64,000 nt of DNA from Bacillota bacterium (lineage in GTDB: Bacteria > Bacillota > Syntrophomonadia > Syntrophomonadales > Syntrophomonadaceae), in NCBI GenBank assembly GCA_034659475.1, contig JAYEHK010000155.1, positions 1,279 to 65,278 of the forward strand, read 5' to 3'. The notes under the pieces were generated by a model that did not search any database, was not told where the DNA came from, and worked only from the letters and a program-made list of their open reading frames with translations. This document shows positions 26,953 through 36,611 of this stretch, in pieces. Numbering within the stretch: the first letter of the stretch is position 1; every line of letters begins with the position of its first letter. A program made the position numbers and the translations under genes.

Positions 26953-29028
26953 TTAAATTGTAAACTCCGCAGCCAAATTGTATTTGTCATAGTCCCCTGT
27001 ACCTCGAAAATCCGATATGTTTTTCACTATGCGGTATTCACCTGTGTCCAGACTGCCATAAAGCCAGTCCCAGTCGACTGCCCATTCGCCATCGTCTCCA
27101 GGAGCCAAATCATAAGCAATATCATTAAATCCATAGTCGCCATCTATAATGACAGGGACCTGATACCAGCTTCCATTGAGTTTCTTTTCCAGGCAAAAGT
27201 ATTCACCATAGTCACACTTCCTGCTAGAGTTATTCTGAAATGCTACTATCACACCGGTTGTGGAAACTGTTCCTTTTTTTACATTCATAGTAACGCCATC
27301 AAAGTTGTTAACAGTTTGATATGTTGTAGATTTCCAGTAAGTTGGCTGGACAGGTCGGCTTGAAACAAGATCAACCCCAACAAACTCATCAAGTGAAACT
27401 TGTAGACCAAGTTCCTCGTTTACGTATTCAAGAGCAACCTCCAAAGGATTTAAAAGATATGGTTTATGTCCGTCATCACATTGTTTTTGCAAATCATTAT
27501 AATAATCCATCGTCATGACATCAGTCTTAGGAGTAACATAATACACATTACCGTTTCCGTCCATCCAGCGCTCTACACACCAAATTCCAAAGTCTCCCTG
27601 AACAACCGGTTGAGATAAAACCAGTTGGCAGATTTCTCCGTTCGACCAGGGAAATTTCACAACCATACGATTTCCTTCATACGTTTCGTGGGGCAGCAGA
27701 CCCTTTCCTTCAAGGAATATACGAAGAGCCGTTTGCTGTCCTGCAAGTGTGGTAAAATCACCTTCCCCACTCCGAATACATCCTAAATACTGTGGTTTTG
27801 ATCCTTCATAAGAAAAAATCAACATAGGCTTACCCATACTTGCATCTTCCGTAATCCACCCATCTACTGCATTCATGCCGCCCGGAAAGATCGCCTTGCT
27901 TATATCAGCAGGTTTTATACGATATTCAAGACGCCAAATTTCCAAAGGTGATGAAAATAGTTCGTCAAATGATGCTATTTTTTCAAGCTTCGTAATTTTG
28001 CTGTCAATAATCTTGACACTATTTCCTTCGTATTCTTCGTAAGTTGTAATTCGCTGCTCCATAAATTGATTGGCATAATCCTCTACGGTTAATTGTTCTT
28101 CTTGTGGATTACTCATTAGTCCCACACAGATTGCTGCCACTGCAATTACGGCCGCGACAACAACCCAGAATGCAGGCTTCTTGTAGTTTAATATATTCAT
28201 TATGCGTCCTTTCGTATTGTTCTCCCCAAAGGCAAGCGGACAACCACCTATAATTCGCCTGCCTGTGGACAGTGCTAAAAGAGAGGTTGAATAGTCCTTT
28301 TTAATCTCATTGCCCATCTGCTTAATAACACTTTCATCGCAGGATAGCTCCATATCCTCGCTCATAAGGAAGAAAGCAACCCAAACCAGCGGATTAAACC
28401 AGTGAACACACAGCACCAAAAACGCAAATAACTTTATTACATGGTCAAATCTTTTAATGTGAGTTTGTTCGTGCTTAATAATATAGACTTTTTCATTTTC
28501 AGAAAGGCTTGTCGGAAGATAAATCCCAGGCTTGATCAGACCAAAAACAAAAGGTGTTTTTATGCCATTCATTTCATATACATTCTCGAAAACTGGTTTT
28601 GCAGATTTCAATTGGAGATACAGCCTTATCGCTGTAAAAATACTGTATATAAGTAATAAAGCAATACCAAAGAGCCATACTGCTTCCCCCAAAGTAATCC
28701 ATATCTGCATAGGGTTTGCACTGGCACCAACGACAGGTGCAGGCAAGGATTGATTGGCCGCCTGGTCTACTAATGTAATACCACTATGAATCTGTGGGGT
28801 CTGCGAATACATAATATTATGCGGTACAGTTTGTGTATTGATAGGAATAAGGCTGAATATGCTTTCAAAGGAAAACGGGCATATAAGTCTGAACAACACC
28901 GCAGACCAAAGTGCATACGAAAAAATCTTGGGTGCTTTTTTAAGCAGCAGCCGTGCCACGATAACAAACAAAATAACATAGCAAGACGTAATGCTCATGT
29001 TTAGAATTTGCAGAAACAACTCTTCCAC
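26953..29028 (-). CDS. BlaR1/MecR1-family M56 peptidase signal transducer with a non-PBP extracellular domain
   Basis: N-terminal TM bundle and zinc motif HEQTHIKRFDH. The ~390-aa C-terminal region has no visible SxxK/KTG penicillin-binding motifs. Confidence 0.85.
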   Translation of the reverse strand: MEELFLQILNMSITSCYVILFVIVARLLLKKAPKIFSYALWSAVLFRLICPFSFESIFSLIPINTQTVPHNIMYSQTPQIHSGITLVDQAANQSLPAPVVGASANPMQIWITLGEAVWLFGIALLLIYSIFTAIRLYLQLKSAKPVFENVYEMNGIKTPFVFGLIKPGIYLPTSLSENEKVYIIKHEQTHIKRFDHVIKLFAFLVLCVHWFNPLVWVAFFLMSEDMELSCDESVIKQMGNEIKKDYSTSLLALSTGRRIIGGCPLAFGENNTKGRIMNILNYKKPAFWVVVAAVIAVAAICVGLMSNPQEEQLTVEDYANQFMEQRITTYEEYEGNSVKIIDSKITKLEKIASFDELFSSPLEIWRLEYRIKPADISKAIFPGGMNAVDGWITEDASMGKPMLIFSYEGSKPQYLGCIRSGEGDFTTLAGQQTALRIFLEGKGLLPHETYEGNRMVVKFPWSNGEICQLVLSQPVVQGDFGIWCVERWMDGNGNVYYVTPKTDVMTMDYYNDLQKQCDDGHKPYLLNPLEVALEYVNEELGLQVSLDEFVGVDLVSSRPVQPTYWKSTTYQTVNNFDGVTMNVKKGTVSTTGVIVAFQNNSSRKCDYGEYFCLEKKLNGSWYQVPVIIDGDYGFNDIAYDLAPGDDGEWAVDWDWLYGSLDTGEYRIVKNISDFRGTGDYDKYNLAAEFTI

Positions 29029-29030
29029 AG

Positions 29031-29393
29031 TTATCCCTCCTTATGATCATTGATTAGCTTTTGCAGCTCATCAATTTCCTTATCGCTTAGCCTTTTGCTT
29101 CTTGTGAATGCAGCCAAAAATTTCGGCAGAGAACCCTCAAAGGTTTCCTCCACAAACTGCTTGCTTTGCCCGGCATAAAACTCATCTTTTTTTATGAGAG
29201 CAGATACAGTGCCACCTTTATTTTCAAAAATTCCTTTGCCCTCAAGTCGTTTTAGCATAGTATAAGTGGTTGACTTCTTCCAGCTTAGTTCTGCCTCACA
29301 CAGCTTAACCAAGTTTCCCGATGGGATAGGCTCATGCGCCCAAATAATATCTGCAAATCTGGCTTCCATATCGGTAAGTTTATATTCTTTCAT
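29031..29393 (-). CDS. BlaI/MecI/CopY-family transcriptional repressor
   Basis: MKEYKLTDMEARFADIIW...STTYTMLKRLEGKGI winged-helix domain. GGAG RBS. The ORF track start at 29591 is too long. The stop is 2 nt before the blaR1-like start. Confidence 0.85.
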   Translation of the reverse strand: MKEYKLTDMEARFADIIWAHEPIPSGNLVKLCEAELSWKKSTTYTMLKRLEGKGIFENKGGTVSALIKKDEFYAGQSKQFVEETFEGSLPKFLAAFTRSKRLSDKEIDELQKLINDHKEG

Positions 29394-29411
29394 TCTGTTC
29401 AGCTCCTTTGG

Positions 29412-29458
29412 GTCTACAAGTTTTAGACTAACACATTCATAGTTTATAACTTGTAGAC
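29412..29458. promoter_or_regulatory. Candidate BlaI-type operators: two inverted copies of GTCTACAAGTT(T/A)TA(G/A)AC
   Basis: GTCTACAAGTTTTAGAC (29412-29428) and its near-identical inverted copy GTTTATAACTTGTAGAC (29442-29458). They lie in the divergent region between blaI and the lipoprotein gene. Confidence 0.4.
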
Positions 29459-29557
29459 TGTTTTGACAAGAGGATGTTACACCGGTATAACCCGGAATGG
29501 TTTTTGTTGGTGGCGGAAATACTAAACAAACAGACCTATAAGGATGAGGTGAAAAGA

Positions 29558-30634
29558 ATGAATCAATCACGATTAAGAAAGCTAATACCATTCCTTCTTA
29601 TAGCCAGCTTACTATGGCTTCCCGGCTGCACAGGACAGTCAGCGCAGAAACCGGCCAAGAAACCAATTGATACAACCCAGCAAAAAACGGCTCCTCCAGC
29701 TCAAATGCAGATCATGCTGACAGGAGAGGAAAGATTGCTTGAGAATCTGCTGCAACAGGCTGAAAAAGAGAAATTAGCCTCTAAGCAGGCTGCCGCCGAG
29801 GCCAAATTGAAAGCAGAGCAAGAAGCATTAACCAAAGCCCGGGCGGAGGCACTCGCCAAACAAAAGGCAGAACAAGAAGCCCAAGCCAGGCAAAAAGCGG
29901 AGCAGGAAGCCCAGGCAAAACAAAAGGCCCGGGAAGAGACCCAAAATAATAATAAAGCACAGCCAGTGATGCCAGGTACTCCAACGCCGGAAGCCCAGGA
30001 AACTCCGCAAAACCAACAAAATAATTCTGTTTCTGTTCCTTCCATGACAGAACCGGTACTGGCCCAGGGCAGCCAGAATTCTTCCTTCTGGCCGGTAGCT
30101 GCCCAGTCAGTGCAAAAACTCAATCAGAATTGGAATGCACTGGAGCCCCAGGCAGACGAAGCCGGTTTGAACACAACCCAGCGGAACAATATCAAAAAAG
30201 CGCTTGATGACTTAACTGCTGCAGTAAACGCTCAAAATACTGAAAAAAGTTTGATGGCAGCCATTGAATTATTCAGACAATCAGGCAATCTTGCAAATGT
30301 ATTCAGTTACCCGGTCCCTTCCGAATATTTTCAGTTAAACTATGCAATCATGATGTCAGCCTTGGAATCAGAAAAAATGGAATGGTCAGCAGCAGAAGCC
30401 CGCATTCCCAGAATACAGTCTGCCTGGAAAGCGGTTAAAGCTGCTGCAAAGGGCGAAAATGCAAGCTTAATGAATCAAACTGAATTATCGATTCGCGATT
30501 ATGAACAGGCCATTCGCAATAAACAAGCGAAAATCATTTCAACCAAAGCAGAAGTCGCATGGCAGAATTTGAAGGCCGTTAAAGATGCGCTTATAGAAAT
30601 GGGTACCTCGACTGCCGGAAAGACAGGAGAGTAA
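29558..30634 (+). CDS. Lipoprotein with a low-complexity (QKAEQEA)n coiled-coil region
   Basis: GAGGTG RBS. MNQSRLRKLIPFLLIASLLWLPGC lipobox. Repeated AKQKAEQEAQARQKAEQEAQAKQKA. The C-terminal helical domain is unrecognised. Confidence 0.7.
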   Translation: MNQSRLRKLIPFLLIASLLWLPGCTGQSAQKPAKKPIDTTQQKTAPPAQMQIMLTGEERLLENLLQQAEKEKLASKQAAAEAKLKAEQEALTKARAEALAKQKAEQEAQARQKAEQEAQAKQKAREETQNNNKAQPVMPGTPTPEAQETPQNQQNNSVSVPSMTEPVLAQGSQNSSFWPVAAQSVQKLNQNWNALEPQADEAGLNTTQRNNIKKALDDLTAAVNAQNTEKSLMAAIELFRQSGNLANVFSYPVPSEYFQLNYAIMMSALESEKMEWSAAEARIPRIQSAWKAVKAAAKGENASLMNQTELSIRDYEQAIRNKQAKIISTKAEVAWQNLKAVKDALIEMGTSTAGKTGE

Positions 30635-30662
30635 GAGCGTGTACGTGTAACCTAGTATTATT

Positions 30663-30710
30663 AAAAAAGCTGTTGACCTCAAACATGTCAACAGCTTCTG
30701 TTTTATTTTT
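30663..30710 (+). terminator. Rho-independent terminator
   Basis: AGCTGTTGAC-9 nt-GTCAACAGCT followed by TCTGTTTTATTTTT. Confidence 0.7.
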
Positions 30711-30805
30711 AACTGTTTAAACAAATAGCTTGAAATGGCATCATCCGATCAAAAGGTATTTTGTGCTTAACATATTCCCTTTTTCATTGCATTATCTGAT
30801 TGTCT

Positions 30806-32359
30806 TTACACAATTTTTGTTGTCCATTCCTCTAGATTCCAGATATCTGATACGATATCCTGATAAAATTCAGGCTCATGACTCACTAACAGCATCGTGC
30901 CGTGAAACTCTGACAACGCAGTTTTCAGTGCTTCCTTGGCATGCACGTCAAGATGATTGGTCGGCTCATCAAGAACCAATAAATTCATATTTCGAAGCAT
31001 CAGCTTGCATAATCTTACCTTGGCATTTTCACCGCCGCTGAGCACTTTCATCGGACTTTCTATGTGTTCGGCAGTCAGCCCGCATTTAGCCAGAGCACGG
31101 CGTACCTCCGCATTCGTCATGGAAGGGAATTCCTTCCATATTTCCTCATGCGCTGTATGTCTTCCTGCAGCTTCCTCTTGCTCAAAATAACCGGTTTCAA
31201 CAAACGTATCAAGCTCAATCGTTCCCGCTATTGGCGGCTGAATGCCCAGTAATGTTTTGAGCAAAGTGGATTTTCCCAAGCCGTTGACACCCTTCACGGC
31301 AATTTTTTGTCCTCTCTCAAGCCGTAAATTAAGCGGAGCGGTGAGTGGTTCCTCATAACCGAGGACAAGATCTTTTGCCTCAATAACGATTTTTCCGGTG
31401 GTCCGAGCTGAAGAAAATGAAAAAGTCGGCTTTATCTTTTCCCTGCCCAGCTCAATGATATCCATCTTATCCAGCTTCTTTTGGCGGCTCTTTGCCATAT
31501 TGGTGGTGGCAACTCTTGCTTTGTTGCGGGCAATAAAATCCTCCAGGTGTGAAATCTCTTTTTGCTGCTTATCATAGGCCTGTTCAAGCTGGCGTTTTTT
31601 CAGCTCACTCATTACAACAAAGTTATCATAATCACCTTTATAGCGCGTCAGTATTGCATTTTCAACATGATACACAACATTAACCACAGAATTGAGAAAA
31701 GGAATATCATGGGAGACTAAAATGAAGGCGTTTTCATAATTTTGCAGCAGGTTAGTCAGCCACACAATATGATTCTCATCTAAGAAATTGGTGGGTTCAT
31801 CTAAAATCAAAATCTTAGGATTCTCTAATAAAAGCTTGGTTAACAACACTTTTGTGCGCTGCCCTCCGCTGAGGTCTCCCACATCTCTGTCCAGACCAAT
31901 ATCGCCAAGGCCCAGACCGTTGGCGTACTCTTCTATGCGGGCATCGAGCATATAAAAGCCGCTGTTTTCCAGCATTTCCTGTATTTCTCCAACATCCTCG
32001 AGCATGGCAGTCATTTTCTCCTCACTGCAATGTGACATTCGGTCGTACATTTCCAGCATTTCCTGTTCTTTCAGGTACATATCAGTAAATGCCTCGCGCA
32101 GCACGTCACGGATTGTTTTCCCTTTGGTCAGGGTGCTGCTTTGGTCAAGGTAGCCGGTCGTGATGTGTTTGCACCAACTCACCTTTCCCTCATCAGGCAT
32201 TAGTTTGCCGGTAATTATGTTGAGAAAGGTGGACTTCCCCTCGCCATTTGCTCCAACGAGGCCCACGTGCTCACCATTTAACAGTCGAAATGATGCTTTT
32301 TCTAAAAGATTCCGTGGACCAAATCCATAGGATACATTTTCTACATTCAAAATGCTCAT
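30806..32359 (-). CDS. ABC-F family ATPase (two NBDs, no TMD), YfmM-like
   Basis: Two Walker A motifs (GANGEGKST; GVNGLGKST), two signatures (LSGGQRTK; LSGGENAK) and an interdomain linker. It is very similar, from memory, to B. subtilis YfmM. GGAGG RBS before MSILNVENV. Confidence 0.9.
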   Translation of the reverse strand: MSILNVENVSYGFGPRNLLEKASFRLLNGEHVGLVGANGEGKSTFLNIITGKLMPDEGKVSWCKHITTGYLDQSSTLTKGKTIRDVLREAFTDMYLKEQEMLEMYDRMSHCSEEKMTAMLEDVGEIQEMLENSGFYMLDARIEEYANGLGLGDIGLDRDVGDLSGGQRTKVLLTKLLLENPKILILDEPTNFLDENHIVWLTNLLQNYENAFILVSHDIPFLNSVVNVVYHVENAILTRYKGDYDNFVVMSELKKRQLEQAYDKQQKEISHLEDFIARNKARVATTNMAKSRQKKLDKMDIIELGREKIKPTFSFSSARTTGKIVIEAKDLVLGYEEPLTAPLNLRLERGQKIAVKGVNGLGKSTLLKTLLGIQPPIAGTIELDTFVETGYFEQEEAAGRHTAHEEIWKEFPSMTNAEVRRALAKCGLTAEHIESPMKVLSGGENAKVRLCKLMLRNMNLLVLDEPTNHLDVHAKEALKTALSEFHGTMLLVSHEPEFYQDIVSDIWNLEEWTTKIV

Positions 32360-32541
32360 GAGTGCCTCCAACAAATATTATAATCTCTTATATATAAACA
32401 CAAATTTTTTAATAAACCTACTAAAATTCTTTCATTATTAGATGAAATTTTCCACACTGGATAACTCACTAGGATCAGCGTGGCCAAAGGGTATTTTATC
32501 ACATATTTGCAAAGTGGAAAGCACAAGGAAATATCTGCACT

Positions 32542-32575
32542 AAAAAAACCACTTTGAAACAACCTTCAAAGTGGT
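32542..32575 (-). terminator. Rho-independent terminator after dapA
   Basis: Minus strand CCACTTTGAA-GGTTGT-TTCAAAGTGG followed by TTTTTTT. Confidence 0.7.
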
Positions 32576-32596
32576 CGTGCATTGAGGTGTAAGTCA

Positions 32597-33475
32597 TTAA
32601 AATCCGTAATCCACCATGACCTGCTTAAGAACCTCCAGATTCTCTTCACCCATTTCTACGAGCGGCATGCGACCAATACCCACATTCATTCCGATTAAGT
32701 TAAGCGCTGCCTTAATAGGAATGGGGCTTACTTCAATAAAGATCGCTTTGATTAGATTCAGTGCGCGAAGCTGAATTTTCCTGGCCTCTTCCACATCACC
32801 GGCCAGGTACCTAGCTGTCATTTCATGAAAATCTCTGGGAATCAAATTGGCTGTGGTTGAAATAACCCCTTTTGCTCCTAATGACATCATCGGTACCACA
32901 ATTCCGTCATCACCTGAGTAAATGGTGAAATCTTCTCCGCATAAATTCACAATATCTCCAACCTGGCTGAAATTGCATTCTTTAATGGCAACAATATTAT
33001 CAATCAAAGACAGCTCTTTGACTGTCGCAGGATTAATATTGAGATTGGTTCTGCCCGGTACATTGTATAGTATGATGGGGATTTTAACACAGTCGGCGAT
33101 GGCTTTATAGTGCTCGTAAAGCCCCTTTTGGGTGGTTTTATTATAATAAGGAGTAACTGATAGAATCCCATCAGCCCCGGCTGCTTCAACTGCCTGGGAT
33201 AATTGAACCCCATGACGGGTATCGTTGCTGCCAGCCCCTGCAATAACCGGGACTCTCTTGCCTACTTTCTCAACCGTAAATTTAACCGCAGATACCTGTT
33301 CCTCGTCTGTCAGGGTACTCACTTCGCCGGTAGTTCCGCAAATAACGATAGCATCGATGCCATTGCCAATCTGGAATTCAATAAGCTCTGCCAGTTTATC
33401 GTAATCTACTACATCATTTTTAAAGGGCGTAATAATAGCTACAGCTGAACCGGTAAACAGAATCGGTTTACTCAT
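32597..33475 (-). CDS. dapA: 4-hydroxy-tetrahydrodipicolinate synthase
   Basis: GTTGEVSTLTDEE, YNVPGRT and the catalytic-Lys region VAIKE. GGAAGGA RBS before MSKPILFTG. Confidence 0.9.
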   Translation of the reverse strand: MSKPILFTGSAVAIITPFKNDVVDYDKLAELIEFQIGNGIDAIVICGTTGEVSTLTDEEQVSAVKFTVEKVGKRVPVIAGAGSNDTRHGVQLSQAVEAAGADGILSVTPYYNKTTQKGLYEHYKAIADCVKIPIILYNVPGRTNLNINPATVKELSLIDNIVAIKECNFSQVGDIVNLCGEDFTIYSGDDGIVVPMMSLGAKGVISTTANLIPRDFHEMTARYLAGDVEEARKIQLRALNLIKAIFIEVSPIPIKAALNLIGMNVGIGRMPLVEMGEENLEVLKQVMVDYGF

Positions 33476-33597
33476 AGTAATCCTTCCTTTCATTGAGACA
33501 TTCTGTTATAACATAAATATTCTGATCTAGGCTGAGAATGGACTTTTGTTTATATTTACAGTACCATCATATTAATATACAGTAAAATAGATTGGTT

Positions 33598-33612
33598 TGA
33601 TTATTTTAATCA
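33598..33612. promoter_or_regulatory. Palindrome TGATTA-TTT-TAATCA, candidate LysR-type binding site in the dapA/LysR divergent region
   Basis: Perfect dyad with LysR-like T-N11-A geometry, 34 nt upstream of the regulator ATG. No other support. Confidence 0.3.
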
Positions 33613-33645
33613 TTTATATTGATAATTAAACATTGGGGAAAACTT

Positions 33646-34527
33646 ATGGAATTAAGACAGCTTAAAATATTTGTTACCGTTGCAGAGGAGAAGAGCTTTA
33701 CCCGAGCTGCACAAAAAATGGGTTATGCTCAGTCAAATATTACAACCCAGGTGCGGCTATTGGAAGAGGAATTTGGGACTAGGCTTTTTGAGCGTTTGGG
33801 AAAAAAAATAGCGCTGACACCAGATGGGGAAAAGCTTCTGTATCATGCGAAAAGGCTGCTCCGGTATGCTTCCGAAGTTCAGGAAGCTATGACCAGCTCA
33901 ACCGAACCCAATGGTATCATTAATATCGGCATTGCCGAATCATTATGCCTGTTTAAACTGCCTGCTCTTTTAAAAAAATACAGCATTCTCTATCCCCAGG
34001 TAAAGCTAGTAATACGCCAGGGTACACCCCTTGATTTTGCCCGATGGCTGCGCGACAATACCATTGATGTGGCCTTTTCTTTGGATCAGGTTATAAATGA
34101 TGCCGATCTGATCACCAAAATATTATGTGAAGAGCCCATGATTATTGTAGGTAACAATGAGCACCCTTTAATCGCTAAAGGCTATATCGAGTTAAAGGAT
34201 ATTGACCAGGAATCATTTATTTATACAGAACGCAACTGCAGCTACCGATCAGTAATCGAAAACTACCTGGCAGACTCCAAAATAAAGCCAGGCTCTTCCT
34301 ACGAATTTGACAGCATTGAAGCGATCAAACAGTTTGTTTTAAGCGGTTTAGGGATTGCGTTGCTGCCTTATGCAGCCGTGGAAAAAGAGTTGTCATCCGG
34401 AAACATGGTTGACCTCAGGTTGATTGAGCCCAAAATAAAAATGTATACCCAGATTGTTTACCACAAAAATAAATGGCTGTCGCCAACCCTTTTATCGTTG
34501 CTGGATTTGGTTAATGAATATTTTTGA
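33646..34527 (+). CDS. LysR-family transcriptional regulator
   Basis: MELRQLKIFVTVAEEKSFTRAAQKMGYAQSNITTQVRLLEEEFG HTH plus a substrate-binding domain. Divergent from dapA. Confidence 0.9.
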   Translation: MELRQLKIFVTVAEEKSFTRAAQKMGYAQSNITTQVRLLEEEFGTRLFERLGKKIALTPDGEKLLYHAKRLLRYASEVQEAMTSSTEPNGIINIGIAESLCLFKLPALLKKYSILYPQVKLVIRQGTPLDFARWLRDNTIDVAFSLDQVINDADLITKILCEEPMIIVGNNEHPLIAKGYIELKDIDQESFIYTERNCSYRSVIENYLADSKIKPGSSYEFDSIEAIKQFVLSGLGIALLPYAAVEKELSSGNMVDLRLIEPKIKMYTQIVYHKNKWLSPTLLSLLDLVNEYF

Positions 34528-34657
34528 ATTTCGAAGAGTGACATTGGAACCATCCGAGACCACTGAAAAAGTAGCTAAATTTCACTGGGGTATGCATAAG
34601 TACCCAGTCCGACTTTTTCAGTGGTCTCGAACCATCCCCTTGTCACGCTCAGTAATA

Positions 34658-35590
34658 TTAAAGATCTTCAATTTTGCTTGTAAGAAGAATCGCCTCTCTT
34701 TTACGCACCATTTCCTCATAATTAAAGAAATATTTCTTTTTTTTGTAACATCTTTTAAATGTTGCAACATATTTTTTTGATTCAAAATATTTTTTCATTC
34801 CATTTGAAACATAGTGAACTTGCTCCCCGGGGTCATAAACTGCAGGCGCATCTTTATGAAGATCTATAATCGTTTCTGTGATGACACCCCAGGAGATGTC
34901 CGCAATGGAGTAGTTTTTAAGGTCTCTCACTGCTGCCCTAAGTGTAGCTTCCTGAAGCGGGTCAAAGAACTTAAATTCTTTTGAATACATGATAGCGCCA
35001 TGCATATGGCTCGGAATATCAAGAAATCCGTCTTTATAAACTTCCCTTGATATATTATAAAGCAACTGAAAGCAGTATTTTAGTATGCCAAGTCCGGGAC
35101 TGCTCTGGCCCGGTAACTGTGGCCTGTTTTTGTCAAAAACTGTAAGGGGATTTTTGGCTGACAACCATTCAATAAGAATCATATTGTAAGGATCTATTTT
35201 AAAATCCTTTTCAAAAAACCGTTCATGAGGAATAAAGGTGTGCTCACTGACCCTGAGGTCAAGAAGCTGATTTTCAGGGGTTTTATCTTTCCAGTAGAGC
35301 CTGAAATAATTTATATAGTTTTCATCCCTGTCAATATCAATATGAATAGCAGAGAACCCTATAGATTCAAGATGCTTTAACAGCCCTATTGACTCAATCA
35401 TATTGTTCATGTCTTGCTCTGAAAATCTTCCCAGAAATAATTTTTTTGAACCTGCAAGGCTTTGAATGTCTAAATCTATGCTGCTTATGTCGACTTTCCC
35501 AAAATCAAGATTGAATGTATCAGCAATTATAGGATCAGCCTTTTTAAAACTTTTTAATTTATTTGCTTTAAGGCCCGCTTTTTCAGTCAA
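34658..35590 (-). CDS. Uncharacterised 310-aa cytoplasmic protein
   Basis: Clean ORF with no TM or signal peptide, lysine-rich ends, and no domain I can recognise. Confidence 0.6.
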   Translation of the reverse strand: MTEKAGLKANKLKSFKKADPIIADTFNLDFGKVDISSIDLDIQSLAGSKKLFLGRFSEQDMNNMIESIGLLKHLESIGFSAIHIDIDRDENYINYFRLYWKDKTPENQLLDLRVSEHTFIPHERFFEKDFKIDPYNMILIEWLSAKNPLTVFDKNRPQLPGQSSPGLGILKYCFQLLYNISREVYKDGFLDIPSHMHGAIMYSKEFKFFDPLQEATLRAAVRDLKNYSIADISWGVITETIIDLHKDAPAVYDPGEQVHYVSNGMKKYFESKKYVATFKRCYKKKKYFFNYEEMVRKREAILLTSKIEDL

Positions 35591-35661
35591 TGAAATACTC
35601 CTTTCAGGTTCACCTGCTCTGCCTTTGTCAGGTACTGGGGGATTTAAGTGTGTGGCACGAG

Positions 35662-35967
35662 TTATCTGCTGAAGATTGTTTCTCCAACTCGTCTAATATG
35701 ATCAATCAGATCTCTATTCTCAATCTTTTCAAAAACCAGTAAATCAACGTGATATGGTAAATCAAGCTCATCTAGGATTATACCCATTTTCAGCAAATCA
35801 TCCATATCTAAATCTTCACCTTTTAATGCCAGATCAATGTCCGAACCATTTGTGTAATTCCCCATGGCTCTCGATCCAAAAAGAATGGCCTCTTCAACCT
35901 TTTGATTTTTAGCAATATTATTGATAATCTGCTTTAATGTATCCTGCGTTAATCCAAATCGCATCAT
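35662..35967 (-). CDS. Minimal nucleotidyltransferase (MNT/HI0073-like)
   Basis: ILFGSRAMGNYTNGSDIDLAL (GS...DxD pol-beta NTase motif). GAGGA RBS. The start is 1 nt after the upstream stop. Confidence 0.8.
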   Translation of the reverse strand: MMRFGLTQDTLKQIINNIAKNQKVEEAILFGSRAMGNYTNGSDIDLALKGEDLDMDDLLKMGIILDELDLPYHVDLLVFEKIENRDLIDHIRRVGETIFSR

Positions 35968-35968
35968 G

Positions 35969-36391
35969 TTAATCCTCATTCTCACGAAGCTGATTCAGTT
36001 TATTTTGCAGTTGATAAAAGGCTTTGAAATACGGCTCACTGATTAACCCGATCATTTCCTCTGCGGTTTTTTCATCATATACATGACTTGTCAGGTTCCT
36101 GCTCTGAATCATTTTCATCCAAATCTCTCCATCCTCAATGAGACCCAGTTGGAATGCCTCTTTGGTAGCGTCTCTCGAGCCATATATCTCGTTATTGCCT
36201 CTGCTTTGCAAAAAATCTTTCAATGTTTTCCACGCCAACTCATGAGTATATTCAAAAGCCTGAATCATCCCCTGCTTTTCAAGGTTCGAGAGGTCTCTTG
36301 TTTTCATCAGATCTACTGCTTCTTTTAGCTGCTGTAATGCCTTCTGATAGTTGCTAAACCGCTGCTCCCAGCGAATATCTTTATCGCCCAT
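35969..36391 (-). CDS. Nucleotidyltransferase substrate-binding protein, HI0074 family (HEPN-related partner)
   Basis: 140 aa, all-helical, with a WEQRFSNYQKALQQL start typical of the HI0074 family. It is tightly coupled to the NTase gene. Confidence 0.75.
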   Translation of the reverse strand: MGDKDIRWEQRFSNYQKALQQLKEAVDLMKTRDLSNLEKQGMIQAFEYTHELAWKTLKDFLQSRGNNEIYGSRDATKEAFQLGLIEDGEIWMKMIQSRNLTSHVYDEKTAEEMIGLISEPYFKAFYQLQNKLNQLRENED

Positions 36392-36529
36392 CAGTAAGTC
36401 CCCTTCCGTTTCGCATTATGCCATTATAATAGCACAAAACAATCACTTTATGATTCCATTTTTATAGAAGCAAAAAAGAACGTCCCCTTTGCTTCTGCTT
36501 AAGAGAAATCCTTCCCTCTGGGGGGAAAT

Positions 36530-36603
36530 GGGGTCAGGCCACTTACTTGTCCACATATTTTGATTAAACAATTAGTAAGTTGACAAGTAAGTGGCCTGAC
36601 CCC
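36530..36603. repeat. Perfect 22-bp inverted repeat (GGGGTCAGGCCACTTACTTGTC) with a 30-nt loop
   Basis: 36530-36551 is the exact reverse complement of 36582-36603. In gene sense it starts 8 nt after the SWIM gene stop. Confidence 0.9.
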
Positions 36604-36611
36604 TTTATCCG

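Noticed and set aside
30806-32359. The ABC-F ATPase as an antibiotic-resistance (ARE, Vga/Lsa/Msr-type) determinant
   Set aside because: The sequence resembles housekeeping YfmM-type ABC-F proteins. The upstream region is short (about 165 nt to the dapA terminator) and has no leader peptide or attenuator of the kind that regulates ARE genes.
33494-33645. A lysine (L-box) riboswitch upstream of dapA
   Set aside because: The leader is only about 120 nt, shorter than an L-box aptamer, and shows no conserved L-box helices. Regulation by the divergent LysR protein is more likely.
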